From an uncultured Acidobacteriota bacterium (GTDB lineage Bacteria; Acidobacteriota; Vicinamibacteria; Vicinamibacterales; UBA8438), in assembly GCA_913043225.1 (NCBI GenBank), contig CAJWLU010000001.1, positions 1 through 64,000 of the forward strand: DNA of 64,000 nt. The letters are read 5' to 3'. The translations under genes were made by a program, and so were the position numbers. Positions 38,606 to 48,467 of this stretch are shown here, in pieces (position 1 is the stretch's first letter; the number at the start of each line of letters is the position of its first letter). The notes under the pieces are model-generated. The model was not told where the DNA came from and did no database searches. It was given only the letters and a program-made list of their open reading frames with translations.

Positions 38606-39603
38606 CAGCCGGTCTGCGTCTGCGGCTCGGCCCTCTCGCCGCTCGGCTGACATCGGCCGCGCTAGCGCTGACGGCCGTACTCGCGTGCCCGGCCGCACTC
38701 GAGGCGCAGACCCGCTTCATGTTCCTGCGGGGCCAGAGCGTCCACCCGGCGTTCGAAGGATGGTGGCCCAACGAGGACGGCACCTACACGCTCTGGTTCG
38801 GCTACATGAACTCCAACTGGGAGGAACAGTTCGACATCCCGGTGGGGCCTGACAATTACTTCGCCTTGACCGAGGCTGGCGCGATGGACGACATCGAAGT
38901 CGACCGCATCGTCGCGTCAGACATCGATCGAGGCCAGCCCACCCATTTCTACCCGCGGCGCAACCCTTTCCTGTTCACGGTGGAAGTACCGGCAAACTTC
39001 GATGAAAAGGAACTAGTGTGGACGCTGACCTCGCACGGCACCCGAAACCGGGTCTACGCGTCGCTTCGACCCGACTACCGGATGGACACCCAGGTGATGT
39101 CGACCGAAGTCGGCGGTGCCTTCGGCAGTCTCGATGACCGGCTACGCGACAACCAGGCCCCGAATCTGAGTGTGGAGGGCACACTCCGTCGCACGGTAAG
39201 CGTCGGCGATCCGCTCACGCTCCGAGCCCACGCAGTAGATCCAGACAACTACCCTCCACGGGCTAACCGTGAGCCGCCCAAGACACTCGACGACCTCTAC
39301 AGCACACGGGGCGTCGGGTCGGTCGTAGTCTCCGGCGCACCAGGTCTACGGATGATGTGGACCGTGTATCGCGGGCCAGCACACCACGTCCGATTCAGCC
39401 CGGAACAGATGAAGGCCTGGATGGATACGCGGGTCTGGGGAAACTCCCCATGGTCACCGCCCTACATCCTGCCGGAAGTCCCCGGAGACAACACCTGGGT
39501 GGCGGACGTCACCTTCGCCGAGCCTGGCGAGTATGTCCTTCGCGCGGTGGCCAGCGACGGCTCGAACTTCAGCTACGAGAACCTTACGGTGGTCGTGGAG
39601 TAG
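38602..39603 (+). CDS. Uncharacterised secreted partner protein with Ig/PKD-like C-terminus, copy 1
   Basis: P.FEGW..N.DGT..L.FGY.N, GQPTHF, VTFAEPGEYVLR; GTGA overlap with upstream gene. Confidence 0.85.
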   Translation: MTAGLRLRLGPLAARLTSAALALTAVLACPAALEAQTRFMFLRGQSVHPAFEGWWPNEDGTYTLWFGYMNSNWEEQFDIPVGPDNYFALTEAGAMDDIEVDRIVASDIDRGQPTHFYPRRNPFLFTVEVPANFDEKELVWTLTSHGTRNRVYASLRPDYRMDTQVMSTEVGGAFGSLDDRLRDNQAPNLSVEGTLRRTVSVGDPLTLRAHAVDPDNYPPRANREPPKTLDDLYSTRGVGSVVVSGAPGLRMMWTVYRGPAHHVRFSPEQMKAWMDTRVWGNSPWSPPYILPEVPGDNTWVADVTFAEPGEYVLRAVASDGSNFSYENLTVVVE

Positions 39604-39681
39604 GCGCTAGTCACCTGCATCCGTCGAGCCTGTCTTCGCGCCTTCGAGGAACGCGATAATCTCTGGCCTTTCTGAAACGGT

Positions 39682-41115
39682 TCAGGGCGCCACCAGCTTG
39701 TAGACCCAGCCATTCCCCTTGGTCACGAGGTAGAGCTCGCCCTCAGAATCGACACCCACTCGCAGATCGACCCGATTGCCAGGCCCGTAGGTGTTCGGGA
39801 AACCGGCCACGTCCACCAGGTCTCGCTCCTGACCGTCAAACCTTAGGCGGATCTCGGTGATCTCGTTCAGCCCGTCCGGGTCAAGATTATCCGCATCGAT
39901 CGCCAGCAGCCGGCCGCGAGGGAACTCGGCAAACACGAACTTGCCCTGAAGCGCTGGAATCGCGCTCCCGCGGTAGACATAGCCACCACCCACCGCCGCG
40001 CCCTCATCGTGATCGTACTGCGCGACCGGATCCACCAGGTCAGCGTCAGATTCCTGCCGGGGATACACCGGCCCAGGGCCGCGCCCCACCGCGTAACCGC
40101 TGGAAAAGGTGCCTTCCCGGAGGCGCCAGCCGTAGTTGGCCCCGGCGCGCCCAAGATTGATCTCCTCCACCTGATTCTGCCCGATGTCACCGATAAACAT
40201 CGTGCCGTCGGTATCCCACGAGAAATGCTGGGGATGGCGCAGTCCGAAGGCCCAGATCTCTGGAGCCACACCGCTCTGGCCGACGAACGGATTGTCAGAG
40301 GGGATGCCATATCCTCGGCCACCCTCGCCACCGAGCGGGTCGATCCGAATGATGGCCGCCTGCGGTATCTCCAGCGACTGACCAAAGTCGCGCGGGTCGT
40401 GGGCGGCGCCGCCGTCACCCAGACAGACGTACAACATGCCGAAGTCGGGGGAGCCTGGCACGGCGTTCGGGTTGAAGGCCAGCGTGCCGATGTTGTGATT
40501 CGGCGCGAACTGGCCGATGCGGAACACCTCGCGAGAGGTGCCGCTGAACTCGTTTGCGGTCGGATCGGTAGCCGTAAACTCCAGAATCACGCTCTCGTGA
40601 CTCTCGGCATCGTCGTCGAGATAGTCCGCCACGCCGGTCGCCGACCCGGCGCTGTAGGCCGCATAGAATTTCCCGTAGCCGGGCGACCCCTCTTCGGCGA
40701 ACTGCGGATGGAACGTGACACTAACCAGGCCGGACTCATTCGGGAACATCGAGTCGTCGAAGCCGATGTCCATGGTGCGCATGTCCATGAACTCGGTCGG
40801 CGGCCGCCCACTTTCATCGACAATGTAGAGCACGCCCCGCAGGTCATTCACCACGAGCCGTCCCGACCCGTCTGGGATCGGTACCAGGTACTGCAACCGG
40901 GCATAGGCTGGATTGGTCGACGCCGACTCGCTGTTCGACTCGATCGTGCGAGGGAAGCGGACGAACTCTTCGACCCCGGCCACTAGGTCGCCCTTCTGGA
41001 TGGTCTCCGGAATTGGGTCGTCGAGCGGACGCGGTTGAGCCATTACTGCCGGCGCGAGGCTTACAGCGAACAGAGCGGACAGTGTGACAATAGCGATCTC
41101 TCTCAGGTAGCGCAT
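39682..41115 (-). CDS. PQQ-dependent sugar dehydrogenase (GSDH family)
   Basis: GL.S..FHPQF, NHN.G, LGDGG, IPSDNPF, EIWAFGLRHP, DIGQ..EEIN, NYGW. Confidence 0.9.
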   Translation of the reverse strand: MRYLREIAIVTLSALFAVSLAPAVMAQPRPLDDPIPETIQKGDLVAGVEEFVRFPRTIESNSESASTNPAYARLQYLVPIPDGSGRLVVNDLRGVLYIVDESGRPPTEFMDMRTMDIGFDDSMFPNESGLVSVTFHPQFAEEGSPGYGKFYAAYSAGSATGVADYLDDDAESHESVILEFTATDPTANEFSGTSREVFRIGQFAPNHNIGTLAFNPNAVPGSPDFGMLYVCLGDGGAAHDPRDFGQSLEIPQAAIIRIDPLGGEGGRGYGIPSDNPFVGQSGVAPEIWAFGLRHPQHFSWDTDGTMFIGDIGQNQVEEINLGRAGANYGWRLREGTFSSGYAVGRGPGPVYPRQESDADLVDPVAQYDHDEGAAVGGGYVYRGSAIPALQGKFVFAEFPRGRLLAIDADNLDPDGLNEITEIRLRFDGQERDLVDVAGFPNTYGPGNRVDLRVGVDSEGELYLVTKGNGWVYKLVAP

Positions 41116-41170
41116 CCAAACAGTATCGCCCAAGACGAGCGTCCTTCCCACGATCCTCAGCCTGAAAACG

Positions 41171-41722
41171 CTACGACCTTGAGGTCACGTGGAAGGACCA
41201 CCAGGTGTCTGGCCGTGGGGTATCGAGCGCCGGCGGCGTCCCGCCGCCGCCCGGCTGCTGGGCCTGCACGGCCGGATTCTGCAACTTGCGCATACGCGCC
41301 GACCACACCCGATCGAGCATCGACTGGTCCATCTCGCGGTTCAGGAACACCGGGTAGACCACGCCATCGAGACGCAGTCGTCCGGAGTGATCCGTCTGCA
41401 CGCGCGGACACCAGTACTTGTCGTCGCCGAACGAACAGCTGATGAACAGCTCCCCCTCAGGCGTGGCCATGCAGTTCACGTTGACCGAGTGCGGGCGCAT
41501 CGTGATACTGACCTGAATCTGGCAGAGCGACACGGCGTTGGCGAAGCTCCAGTCGTTGATCGGTTCGTCATGGGAGTCTCCCAGCAAGACGAACCCGGGC
41601 GTGGTTTCGCATGGACAATTCACCGTCCATGCCAGCCCGCCGCCGAGCAATACGAGCACCAGGGTAGCGCCCACGCCTAGCAGCGCCTTCTTCAACGTTG
41701 ACTGACCTTGGTCTGCACTCAT
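41171..41722 (-). CDS. Hypothetical membrane-anchored Cys-containing protein
   Basis: N-terminal TM, CPC..TPG, DWSF, PHSVNVNC; AGGAGG SD. Confidence 0.72.
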   Translation of the reverse strand: MSADQGQSTLKKALLGVGATLVLVLLGGGLAWTVNCPCETTPGFVLLGDSHDEPINDWSFANAVSLCQIQVSITMRPHSVNVNCMATPEGELFISCSFGDDKYWCPRVQTDHSGRLRLDGVVYPVFLNREMDQSMLDRVWSARMRKLQNPAVQAQQPGGGGTPPALDTPRPDTWWSFHVTSRS

Positions 41723-41740
41723 TGCTTCTGTCCTCCTGAG

Positions 41741-43804
41741 CTAGGGCAATGCGAACGCCACTAGCTCGGCGATGTTGTCCTCGTCGAGCGCGCTCACCAC
41801 GATGTGCTGCTTCCCGTCTGCCATGTAGGTGATCGGGAAGCCAGTGGTAGGCCCGGCGAGCTGAATCTCGTAGACGACCGCACCGGTCACCTTGTCATAC
41901 GCTCGGAGCAGCGGCGCACCCCGCGCCCCCTCGCCAGAGAACAACAGCTCAGAGGTGACTAGCAACCCCGACCCCTGGGTAGGCGTACCCGTCCGCGGGA
42001 TGTCGACGTCCTGCAGATCGGGATGCTCGCTGATATAACGCGGCGTCTCGCCGTGCGGTACCTGCCAGAGGATCTCGCCCGCCTTCAGGTCGATCGCGGT
42101 AATTCGACCGTAGGGCGGCTTGATCAGCGGTAGATCCCGGACGCGCGGGGCGCCCCGCGCGAACGAGATGTGATAGCGAACGCCTGTATTCTCCGTACCC
42201 TCGGTCAGCGCGAACAACTGGAGTCGCGTGGCGGATGGCACGAAGAGCACGTCGTCCACCGGGTCGACCGCGCCGCCCGGCCAGTTGACGCCACCACCCG
42301 CGCTTGGTAGTGCGAGGGTCCCCTGGTTGCCGCCCTCCTCCACTAGCGACGGCGGTGTATAGAGCGGCCCCAACCGGAAATCCTCAGTAATCTGGAGCGC
42401 TTCGGCCCGGAGTTCGGGCGTGAAGTCGATGAGGTCGTCTTCGAGTACGCCCTGACGATCGAATGCGGGCGGCTTGGTCGGAAAGGGCTGGGTCGGAGCT
42501 GTCCACTCCCCCGGCACGTCGGACTCGGGCACGGGACGCTCATCGATCGGCCAGACCGGCTCGCCGGTCTCGCGGTTAAGCACGTAGGCGAACCCCTGCT
42601 TCGAGAGCTGAACCACTGCCTTCACCGGGGTCCCGTCCACCTCGATATCAACGAGGATCGGCGCGGTCGGAATGTCGTAGTCCCAGAGCTCGTGGTGAGT
42701 GAACTGAAAGTGCCACCGTCGCTCGCCCGTCTCGGCGTCAAGCGCGATCAGCGAGTTCGCGAATAGGTTGTCACCTGGACGATACCCGCCGAAGTAGTCG
42801 TTGGTGGCGGTCTCGGTGGGTACGTAGAACAACCCAAGCTCCTCATCGACCGTGACCGGCGCCCAGTGCCCCACGTTGCCGGTGTATTTCCAGGACGCTT
42901 CGAGAAGTTCCGGGGACTCCTCGACCCATGGGTGAGTGCCCGTCCCCACCTCCCAGAGCAATTCGTCGGCCTTCAACCAGGTCTCGACCCCAAACTCCCC
43001 TTCCTTTGGTACGGTATTGAAACGCCAGAGCGTCTCTCCGGTGCGCACATCGTAGGCCACCACGTCGCCCGGCATGTTCATCGGCCACACCTCGTTGGGT
43101 GAGGCACGGGTCGGTACGCTTCCCGTATGCAGTGAGATAGAGGCCACCAGCGTGTTCCCCAGGATGGCCGCGGGTGAGGTGTTGGCCACCCGGCCCGCCC
43201 GTAGAGCGGCCGGCCGCTCGTCCCAGCGCAGGTCGTCCATCATATCGATGACCCCGCCGTCACCGAACGAGCCGACCCGCTCTCCGGTGTGCGCATTTAG
43301 GGCCACCAGCTGGTAGCTCGGCGTCACCACATAGATGCGATCGTCTCCGGCACCGTCGGTCCAGTAGCTGACCCCCCGGCCGGCGCTCCGAGCCACCGGT
43401 TCGATAATGTCGCCCCATCGCTGCTCGTTGTCGCCCGGCTGCCATCCCCAGATAGACTCACCGGTCGCCGAGTCAAGCGCGATGACGTTCCGCTGGTTGC
43501 CGATAGTCGTGTACAGGACGCCATCGATCACCAACGGACTGATCTGCGTCCGCCCGGACGGTGGCGGTGTGCCCTGGTCACGGGCACTCCAGCGCCAGAC
43601 CACTTCCAGCTCGTCCACGTTGCCGGCGTCGATCTGGTCCAGCGGCGAGTAGCGCGTCGCGCCGGCGTCGGCGCCGAACACGCCCCATGCGCCGTCGGCG
43701 GCACCCGTCTGGGCGGCCACTGGGCCTCCCGCCAGAGCGGCCGCTATCACGACCGCCGTGGTCACCACGGTTGCCGGGTGATACACAGAGAGCACCGTAC
43801 GCAT
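41741..43804 (-). CDS. PQQ-dependent (glucose/quinate-type) dehydrogenase, secreted
   Basis: RYSPLDQI, RGVSYW, WHFQFTHHELWDYD, PVPESDVPGE, PTQPFP, KPPYGRITAIDL. Confidence 0.93.
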   Translation of the reverse strand: MRTVLSVYHPATVVTTAVVIAAALAGGPVAAQTGAADGAWGVFGADAGATRYSPLDQIDAGNVDELEVVWRWSARDQGTPPPSGRTQISPLVIDGVLYTTIGNQRNVIALDSATGESIWGWQPGDNEQRWGDIIEPVARSAGRGVSYWTDGAGDDRIYVVTPSYQLVALNAHTGERVGSFGDGGVIDMMDDLRWDERPAALRAGRVANTSPAAILGNTLVASISLHTGSVPTRASPNEVWPMNMPGDVVAYDVRTGETLWRFNTVPKEGEFGVETWLKADELLWEVGTGTHPWVEESPELLEASWKYTGNVGHWAPVTVDEELGLFYVPTETATNDYFGGYRPGDNLFANSLIALDAETGERRWHFQFTHHELWDYDIPTAPILVDIEVDGTPVKAVVQLSKQGFAYVLNRETGEPVWPIDERPVPESDVPGEWTAPTQPFPTKPPAFDRQGVLEDDLIDFTPELRAEALQITEDFRLGPLYTPPSLVEEGGNQGTLALPSAGGGVNWPGGAVDPVDDVLFVPSATRLQLFALTEGTENTGVRYHISFARGAPRVRDLPLIKPPYGRITAIDLKAGEILWQVPHGETPRYISEHPDLQDVDIPRTGTPTQGSGLLVTSELLFSGEGARGAPLLRAYDKVTGAVVYEIQLAGPTTGFPITYMADGKQHIVVSALDEDNIAELVAFALP

Positions 43805-43897
43805 GGCGTGTCTCCTCCTCCTTACGTGGGACTTCGTCCCAAACGACCAGCACCAACAGGCTATTACTGACTTGGCAGCGGATGCTCGGCACCTCAT

Positions 43898-45007
43898 CTA
43901 GTCGAAGGCTTCAATCAACTCGTAAGCCAGACCGTTCGGGTCCTCAACCAACAGGGCCCGCGTCTCGCCAAACGGATACGGTCCTTCGAGGATCGGCACG
44001 CCGGTGGCTTCGAGGTGCGCGATCACGGTATCGAGGTCAGGATAGGTCAAACCAACATGGTCAACGACCTGCCCGCGTGACGGCGCAAGCGGCCGATCGT
44101 TGCCATCACCGCAACGCCCGTCGCGACACTGACGCGGATACCAGAGCCAGCTCGCATTCGCGACGCGTGCGTTTCCGGCTGGAATCCTCAGCTGGCCCAC
44201 CTCCATGTAGGTCGGATAGGTCACCTCGCCGGTCTGCACCTCGCAGGGGTCCCAGCCGTCTCGCCCGAAGTTGAACTCAGTGCTGAAGCTGTTCTGGTTC
44301 TCGGGGAAGGTAGCACCCAGGTGCTCAACATGCCAGTTGGCGCTGCAGAGCGGGTCCTCCCCCCAGAAGTGGGTATGGCTCCGGAAGTTGTCGGTCCGGC
44401 CAGCCGTGAACTCGACCAGCATCCCGTCCGGATCGACCAGATAGCCGAAATCGAGACCAGAAGTGGCCGGTGGCGGCAGATCTTCGGCGATCCGTTCATC
44501 GATCTGGCTCAACGGGAGGAGCGCTTCGCCCAGAGGCAAACCGAGTGAGTGAAGCGAGGTGTTGTCACCGCCAGGGCCGCCGTAGAGCGTGACCAGCTCG
44601 AAGGCCGCGGAGTCGAGGGCCGCGAACCGGGCCCGCGGCTGCTCGGTGTTGGCTCCGGCGAAGGTCGATCCGAAGGTCCAGAAGCCGCTCTGTGGCTCGC
44701 TGCGCTGCAACTCCCGATCGAAGCCACCCGGTGCCTGCTCGGCGACCTGGGTGTACAGCAGGTAGATGTCGTCGTAGAACGCCGGGAAGCCCGCATGGGT
44801 CGTCACGCTGCCCTGCGGCCAGTAGGTGCCGTACCACTCGAGCGACCGCTCCGGATCCACCGAGTTGATGTGGATATGGTGGAACGTGGGCGACGGAATG
44901 GCCGGCGATCGCGCCGTCGCCTCCTCGGCCGGTTCAGTAGGAACGCATGCCGCTCCAAGAGCGGCCAGCATCGAGACCAACCCCGTCAACACGCCGTGTC
45001 TTCGCAT
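43898..45007 (-). CDS. VOC/glyoxalase-superfamily lipoprotein
   Basis: Lipobox GAAC; FHHIHINSVDP, DPDG.LVE, DHVGL, EDPNGL..ELIE. Confidence 0.8.
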   Translation of the reverse strand: MRRHGVLTGLVSMLAALGAACVPTEPAEEATARSPAIPSPTFHHIHINSVDPERSLEWYGTYWPQGSVTTHAGFPAFYDDIYLLYTQVAEQAPGGFDRELQRSEPQSGFWTFGSTFAGANTEQPRARFAALDSAAFELVTLYGGPGGDNTSLHSLGLPLGEALLPLSQIDERIAEDLPPPATSGLDFGYLVDPDGMLVEFTAGRTDNFRSHTHFWGEDPLCSANWHVEHLGATFPENQNSFSTEFNFGRDGWDPCEVQTGEVTYPTYMEVGQLRIPAGNARVANASWLWYPRQCRDGRCGDGNDRPLAPSRGQVVDHVGLTYPDLDTVIAHLEATGVPILEGPYPFGETRALLVEDPNGLAYELIEAFD

Positions 45008-45082
45008 CGCCGTTGACCTCCCTATGCGCGGTACTCGGATCAGACCACCTCTGACGGAGGTAGGCAAGCGAGACAATGACGA

Positions 45083-48000
45083 CTAGGCAGACGCTGTTTC
45101 GGCCTGGGCCTGGTCCGGCGCGTTCGGGCGCCCAACGAGCACCGCGCGAACGTCTTCGATGATGACGTAAGCCGCGGGCACCAACACCAGCGAAATCACG
45201 GTGGCGAAGACGACTCCGAAGGCCAGGGAGATGGCCATAGGGACGAGACTCTGTGTCTCGAGGTCGCGCGAGATAAGCACCGGCACCAGCCCGCCGAAGG
45301 TGGTCAGCGACGTTAGTAGGATGGGACGGAAACGGGCAATGCCAGCTTCGCAGGCCGCTTCGACGACATCGCCGTGCACCCGGCGCTTCCGGTTGATGAA
45401 GTCGATCATGAGCAGACTGTCGTTGACCACCACACCCGCCAGCGCCACCAAGCCGAAAAGTGACACCAGGGTGAGCTCGGCGCCCATAACAACGTGACCC
45501 CAGTAAGCGCCCACCAGCCCGAACGGAATGGCCGCCATGATGATGAGCGGCTGCACGTACGACTTCAGCGGAATGGCGAGCAAGGTATAGATCAGCAGCA
45601 ACGCCAGTCCAAAGCCCTGGGTCAGCCCGCTCAGGCTGTCCTGCTGCTCACCGAGCATGCCAGCCAAACGATAGGTTACGCCGGGATGCGACTGAAGGAT
45701 CTCGGGCAAGATCGTCGCTTCGAGATCGCCGACCACTTCATTCGCCGAGGCACCCACACCAACCGCGGCCCGGACGTTGATCACTCGCTGACGATCCACC
45801 CGTTGAATCGTCGAGAACCCCCGCCCTTCTTCGACGTCGGCCACCGAGCGGAACGGCACCTCGTCGCCGGCCGGCGTCCGGATCCACATCCGATCAAGGT
45901 TGTCGACCGACCGCCGATGCTCAGGCGGATAGCGAAGCATAACGCGCACATCGTGCCGCCCGCGCTGGATCCGCTGGACTTCTTCACCGTAGAAGGCCTG
46001 GCGCACCTGCCGGCCGAGGTCGCGTTGCGACAGTCCGAGGTGAATCGCCTCCGGCTTGATCCCGAGTCGGAGCTCCTGCTTACCGGCCCTGGCGGTATCG
46101 GTCACGTCTCGCAACCCAGGATAGCGGATCAAATACTCGCGCAGAGCCGCGGTGGCCGACTCGAGCTCATCGAGGTCGAGACCGGTCAGCTGGATGTCCA
46201 CATCCTGGCCCGCGCTGAACTGCGACCCGGCAAAGGTCAGCTCCTCGACGCCCGGTAGTGGTCCCATCGCCGCCCGCCACAACTCGGCGATGTCATCGCC
46301 ATCGAGGGTCCGGTCCGCCTCTGGGTCGATCTCGATGGTCACCTCCCCAATATTGCTCCCACCGAGAATCAAACTGCCGTTGAGCATGGCGTCGCCCTGC
46401 GCTGTGCCGAACGGCTGCTCCCCCACCGCCGAATAGACGTAGCTCACTAGCGGCTGGCCTTGAGCATCCCGCAGCTCGGAGGCGAGCTGATACGCGCCCG
46501 CCTCGACCGCCGCGACTGCCTCTCTGGTCAGCTGCACCGGCGCGCCGGGCGCAAGCGTGATGTCGGCGGTAACGTAGTCGCTCGGCGGCTCCTGGAAGAA
46601 GTTGAACGGCACCCTGCCGCTGGACAGCATGCCGACGGTGACCACCAGCAAGCCGGTGCCAGAAGCCACGGTCAGGTAGCGCCAGCTGACCGCCACCTCG
46701 ACGGAGGGCGCATAGACCTTCTTGATGAACCAGCTGAGAAGGCGAGCCAGTCCGTAGGCCTGGCCCGGGCGGCTCGCCCCCCGCCCGCGCCTGAACGAGA
46801 GATGCGCCGGCAGGATCAGGAGCGACTCGACCAACGAGAAGATGAGGCAGCAGGTCACAACCATCGGCACCGCCTCGAAGAACTTCCCCATCATGCCTTC
46901 CACCAGCATGATCGGCATGAAGGCGGCGATCGTGGTCAGCACACCGAATGTGACCGGCACTAGGACTTCCTGCGCCCCCTCAATGGCACCGCGTAAACCG
47001 TCGCCGTGCCGCTCTTGATGCGTGAAGATGTTCTCGCCCACGATGATGGCGTCGTCCACGACGATGCCCAGTACCACCATGAAGCCGAACAGCGTCATCA
47101 TATTCAGTGACAGGTCCAGCCCGGGCATCAGCATCAGGGCGCCGAGGAACGAGATCGGGATCCCGAGCCCCACCCAGAAGGCCAGCCGGATACGCAGAAA
47201 CAGCGCCAAGCAGACGAAGACGAGGAAAGCACCGGTGAGGCCGTTGCGAACCATCCGGCCAAGCTGCCGCTCCAGCTGCTGCGCCTGATCCTGCCAAACG
47301 GTCAGCGCCAGCCCAGGCGGCAGCGTCCTGGTTGGCGCTTCGACGTAGTCGACCACGGCGTTGGCGACCGTCGGCGCGTCAATCTGCCGCGAACGGAACA
47401 CGCGCAGCACGATCGTAGGCACGCCGTTGAACCAAGCGGTCTGGTCCGTTTCAGCGAAGCCATCCACCACGGTCGCCACATCACCCAGCCGGATGTAGGT
47501 CCCATCGGCTCGCGTGATCAGCGCCAGGTCTTCGAACGACGTGCCCCGGTAGGCCTGACCCACCGTGCGCAGCAGGATCTCGCCGCCCTCGGCCCGCACC
47601 GCTCCGCCCGGCAGGTCGAGCGATGCGCCACGCACCGCGTCGGCCACCCGATCGAAGGTCAATCCGTATCGACGGAGGGCGGTCTCCGATACCTCAATCG
47701 AGATCTCATAGGGCTTGGCCCCCTGGAGCTCCACCTCGCTCACCCCGGATATGGCCGAGAGGTCGTCGCGTACCCTGTCTGCCCACTGGTGAAGTGTGGC
47801 GTTGTCCACATCGCCCCACATGGCGACGTGGATCACCTGAAACCGCGTGACTAGTTCCTGGATGACCGGCTTCTCGACCTCGACGGGAAAGGTGTCGATA
47901 GCGTCGACACTACTCTTAATATCGTCGACCGCCTTTCGAAGGTCGGCCCCATACTCGAGCTCGACCAGCAGTGTGGCCTGGCCTTCGGCGGCCGTCGCTG

Positions 48001-48244
48001 TGATCTCCCGTACTCCGTCGATGCCCTGCACCGCCTCCTCGAGCCGCACGCTCACGGCATCCTCGACCTCGGCCGGGCTCGCACCGAGGTACGGGATGTT
48101 GATGGCCACCATGTCCAGGTTCATCTCCGGAAAGACTTCCTGGTCGATCGTCGTCGCAGCGAGCAGGCCACTCGATACGATGAACACCATCGTGAGATTG
48201 GCGGCGACCGGGTTGCGTGCGAACCACGCGACAGCAGAATGCAT
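45083..48244 (-). CDS. RND efflux permease (AcrB/MdtB-like)
   Basis: 1053 aa; GIVVDDAIIVGEN, VVVNDSL, RFRPILLTSLTT. Confidence 0.95.
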   Translation of the reverse strand: MHSAVAWFARNPVAANLTMVFIVSSGLLAATTIDQEVFPEMNLDMVAINIPYLGASPAEVEDAVSVRLEEAVQGIDGVREITATAAEGQATLLVELEYGADLRKAVDDIKSSVDAIDTFPVEVEKPVIQELVTRFQVIHVAMWGDVDNATLHQWADRVRDDLSAISGVSEVELQGAKPYEISIEVSETALRRYGLTFDRVADAVRGASLDLPGGAVRAEGGEILLRTVGQAYRGTSFEDLALITRADGTYIRLGDVATVVDGFAETDQTAWFNGVPTIVLRVFRSRQIDAPTVANAVVDYVEAPTRTLPPGLALTVWQDQAQQLERQLGRMVRNGLTGAFLVFVCLALFLRIRLAFWVGLGIPISFLGALMLMPGLDLSLNMMTLFGFMVVLGIVVDDAIIVGENIFTHQERHGDGLRGAIEGAQEVLVPVTFGVLTTIAAFMPIMLVEGMMGKFFEAVPMVVTCCLIFSLVESLLILPAHLSFRRGRGASRPGQAYGLARLLSWFIKKVYAPSVEVAVSWRYLTVASGTGLLVVTVGMLSSGRVPFNFFQEPPSDYVTADITLAPGAPVQLTREAVAAVEAGAYQLASELRDAQGQPLVSYVYSAVGEQPFGTAQGDAMLNGSLILGGSNIGEVTIEIDPEADRTLDGDDIAELWRAAMGPLPGVEELTFAGSQFSAGQDVDIQLTGLDLDELESATAALREYLIRYPGLRDVTDTARAGKQELRLGIKPEAIHLGLSQRDLGRQVRQAFYGEEVQRIQRGRHDVRVMLRYPPEHRRSVDNLDRMWIRTPAGDEVPFRSVADVEEGRGFSTIQRVDRQRVINVRAAVGVGASANEVVGDLEATILPEILQSHPGVTYRLAGMLGEQQDSLSGLTQGFGLALLLIYTLLAIPLKSYVQPLIIMAAIPFGLVGAYWGHVVMGAELTLVSLFGLVALAGVVVNDSLLMIDFINRKRRVHGDVVEAACEAGIARFRPILLTSLTTFGGLVPVLISRDLETQSLVPMAISLAFGVVFATVISLVLVPAAYVIIEDVRAVLVGRPNAPDQAQAETASA

Positions 48245-48467
48245 GGGAACGAGCGGGTGGAGGCTGGGTTCCCGAAGGGAAATACCGATACCCAGATTAC
48301 GACCGTAACGTACCTGGGCACGAATTGCCCACTCGCCGGTGCGCCCCCGTGGCAGCGCGTTCGGCAGAGCAAGAACCGTGCAAGGATTGACGACCCTGAC
48401 GGTTGCGACGCTCGTGATCGGCGAGCTGGTGGCGGCTCCACTCGCGGTGGGCCGTCGGGCCGCTATG

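Noticed and set aside
48245..48467. Possible riboswitch or gene relic upstream of the RND gene
   Set aside because: No recognisable riboswitch consensus or protein motif.
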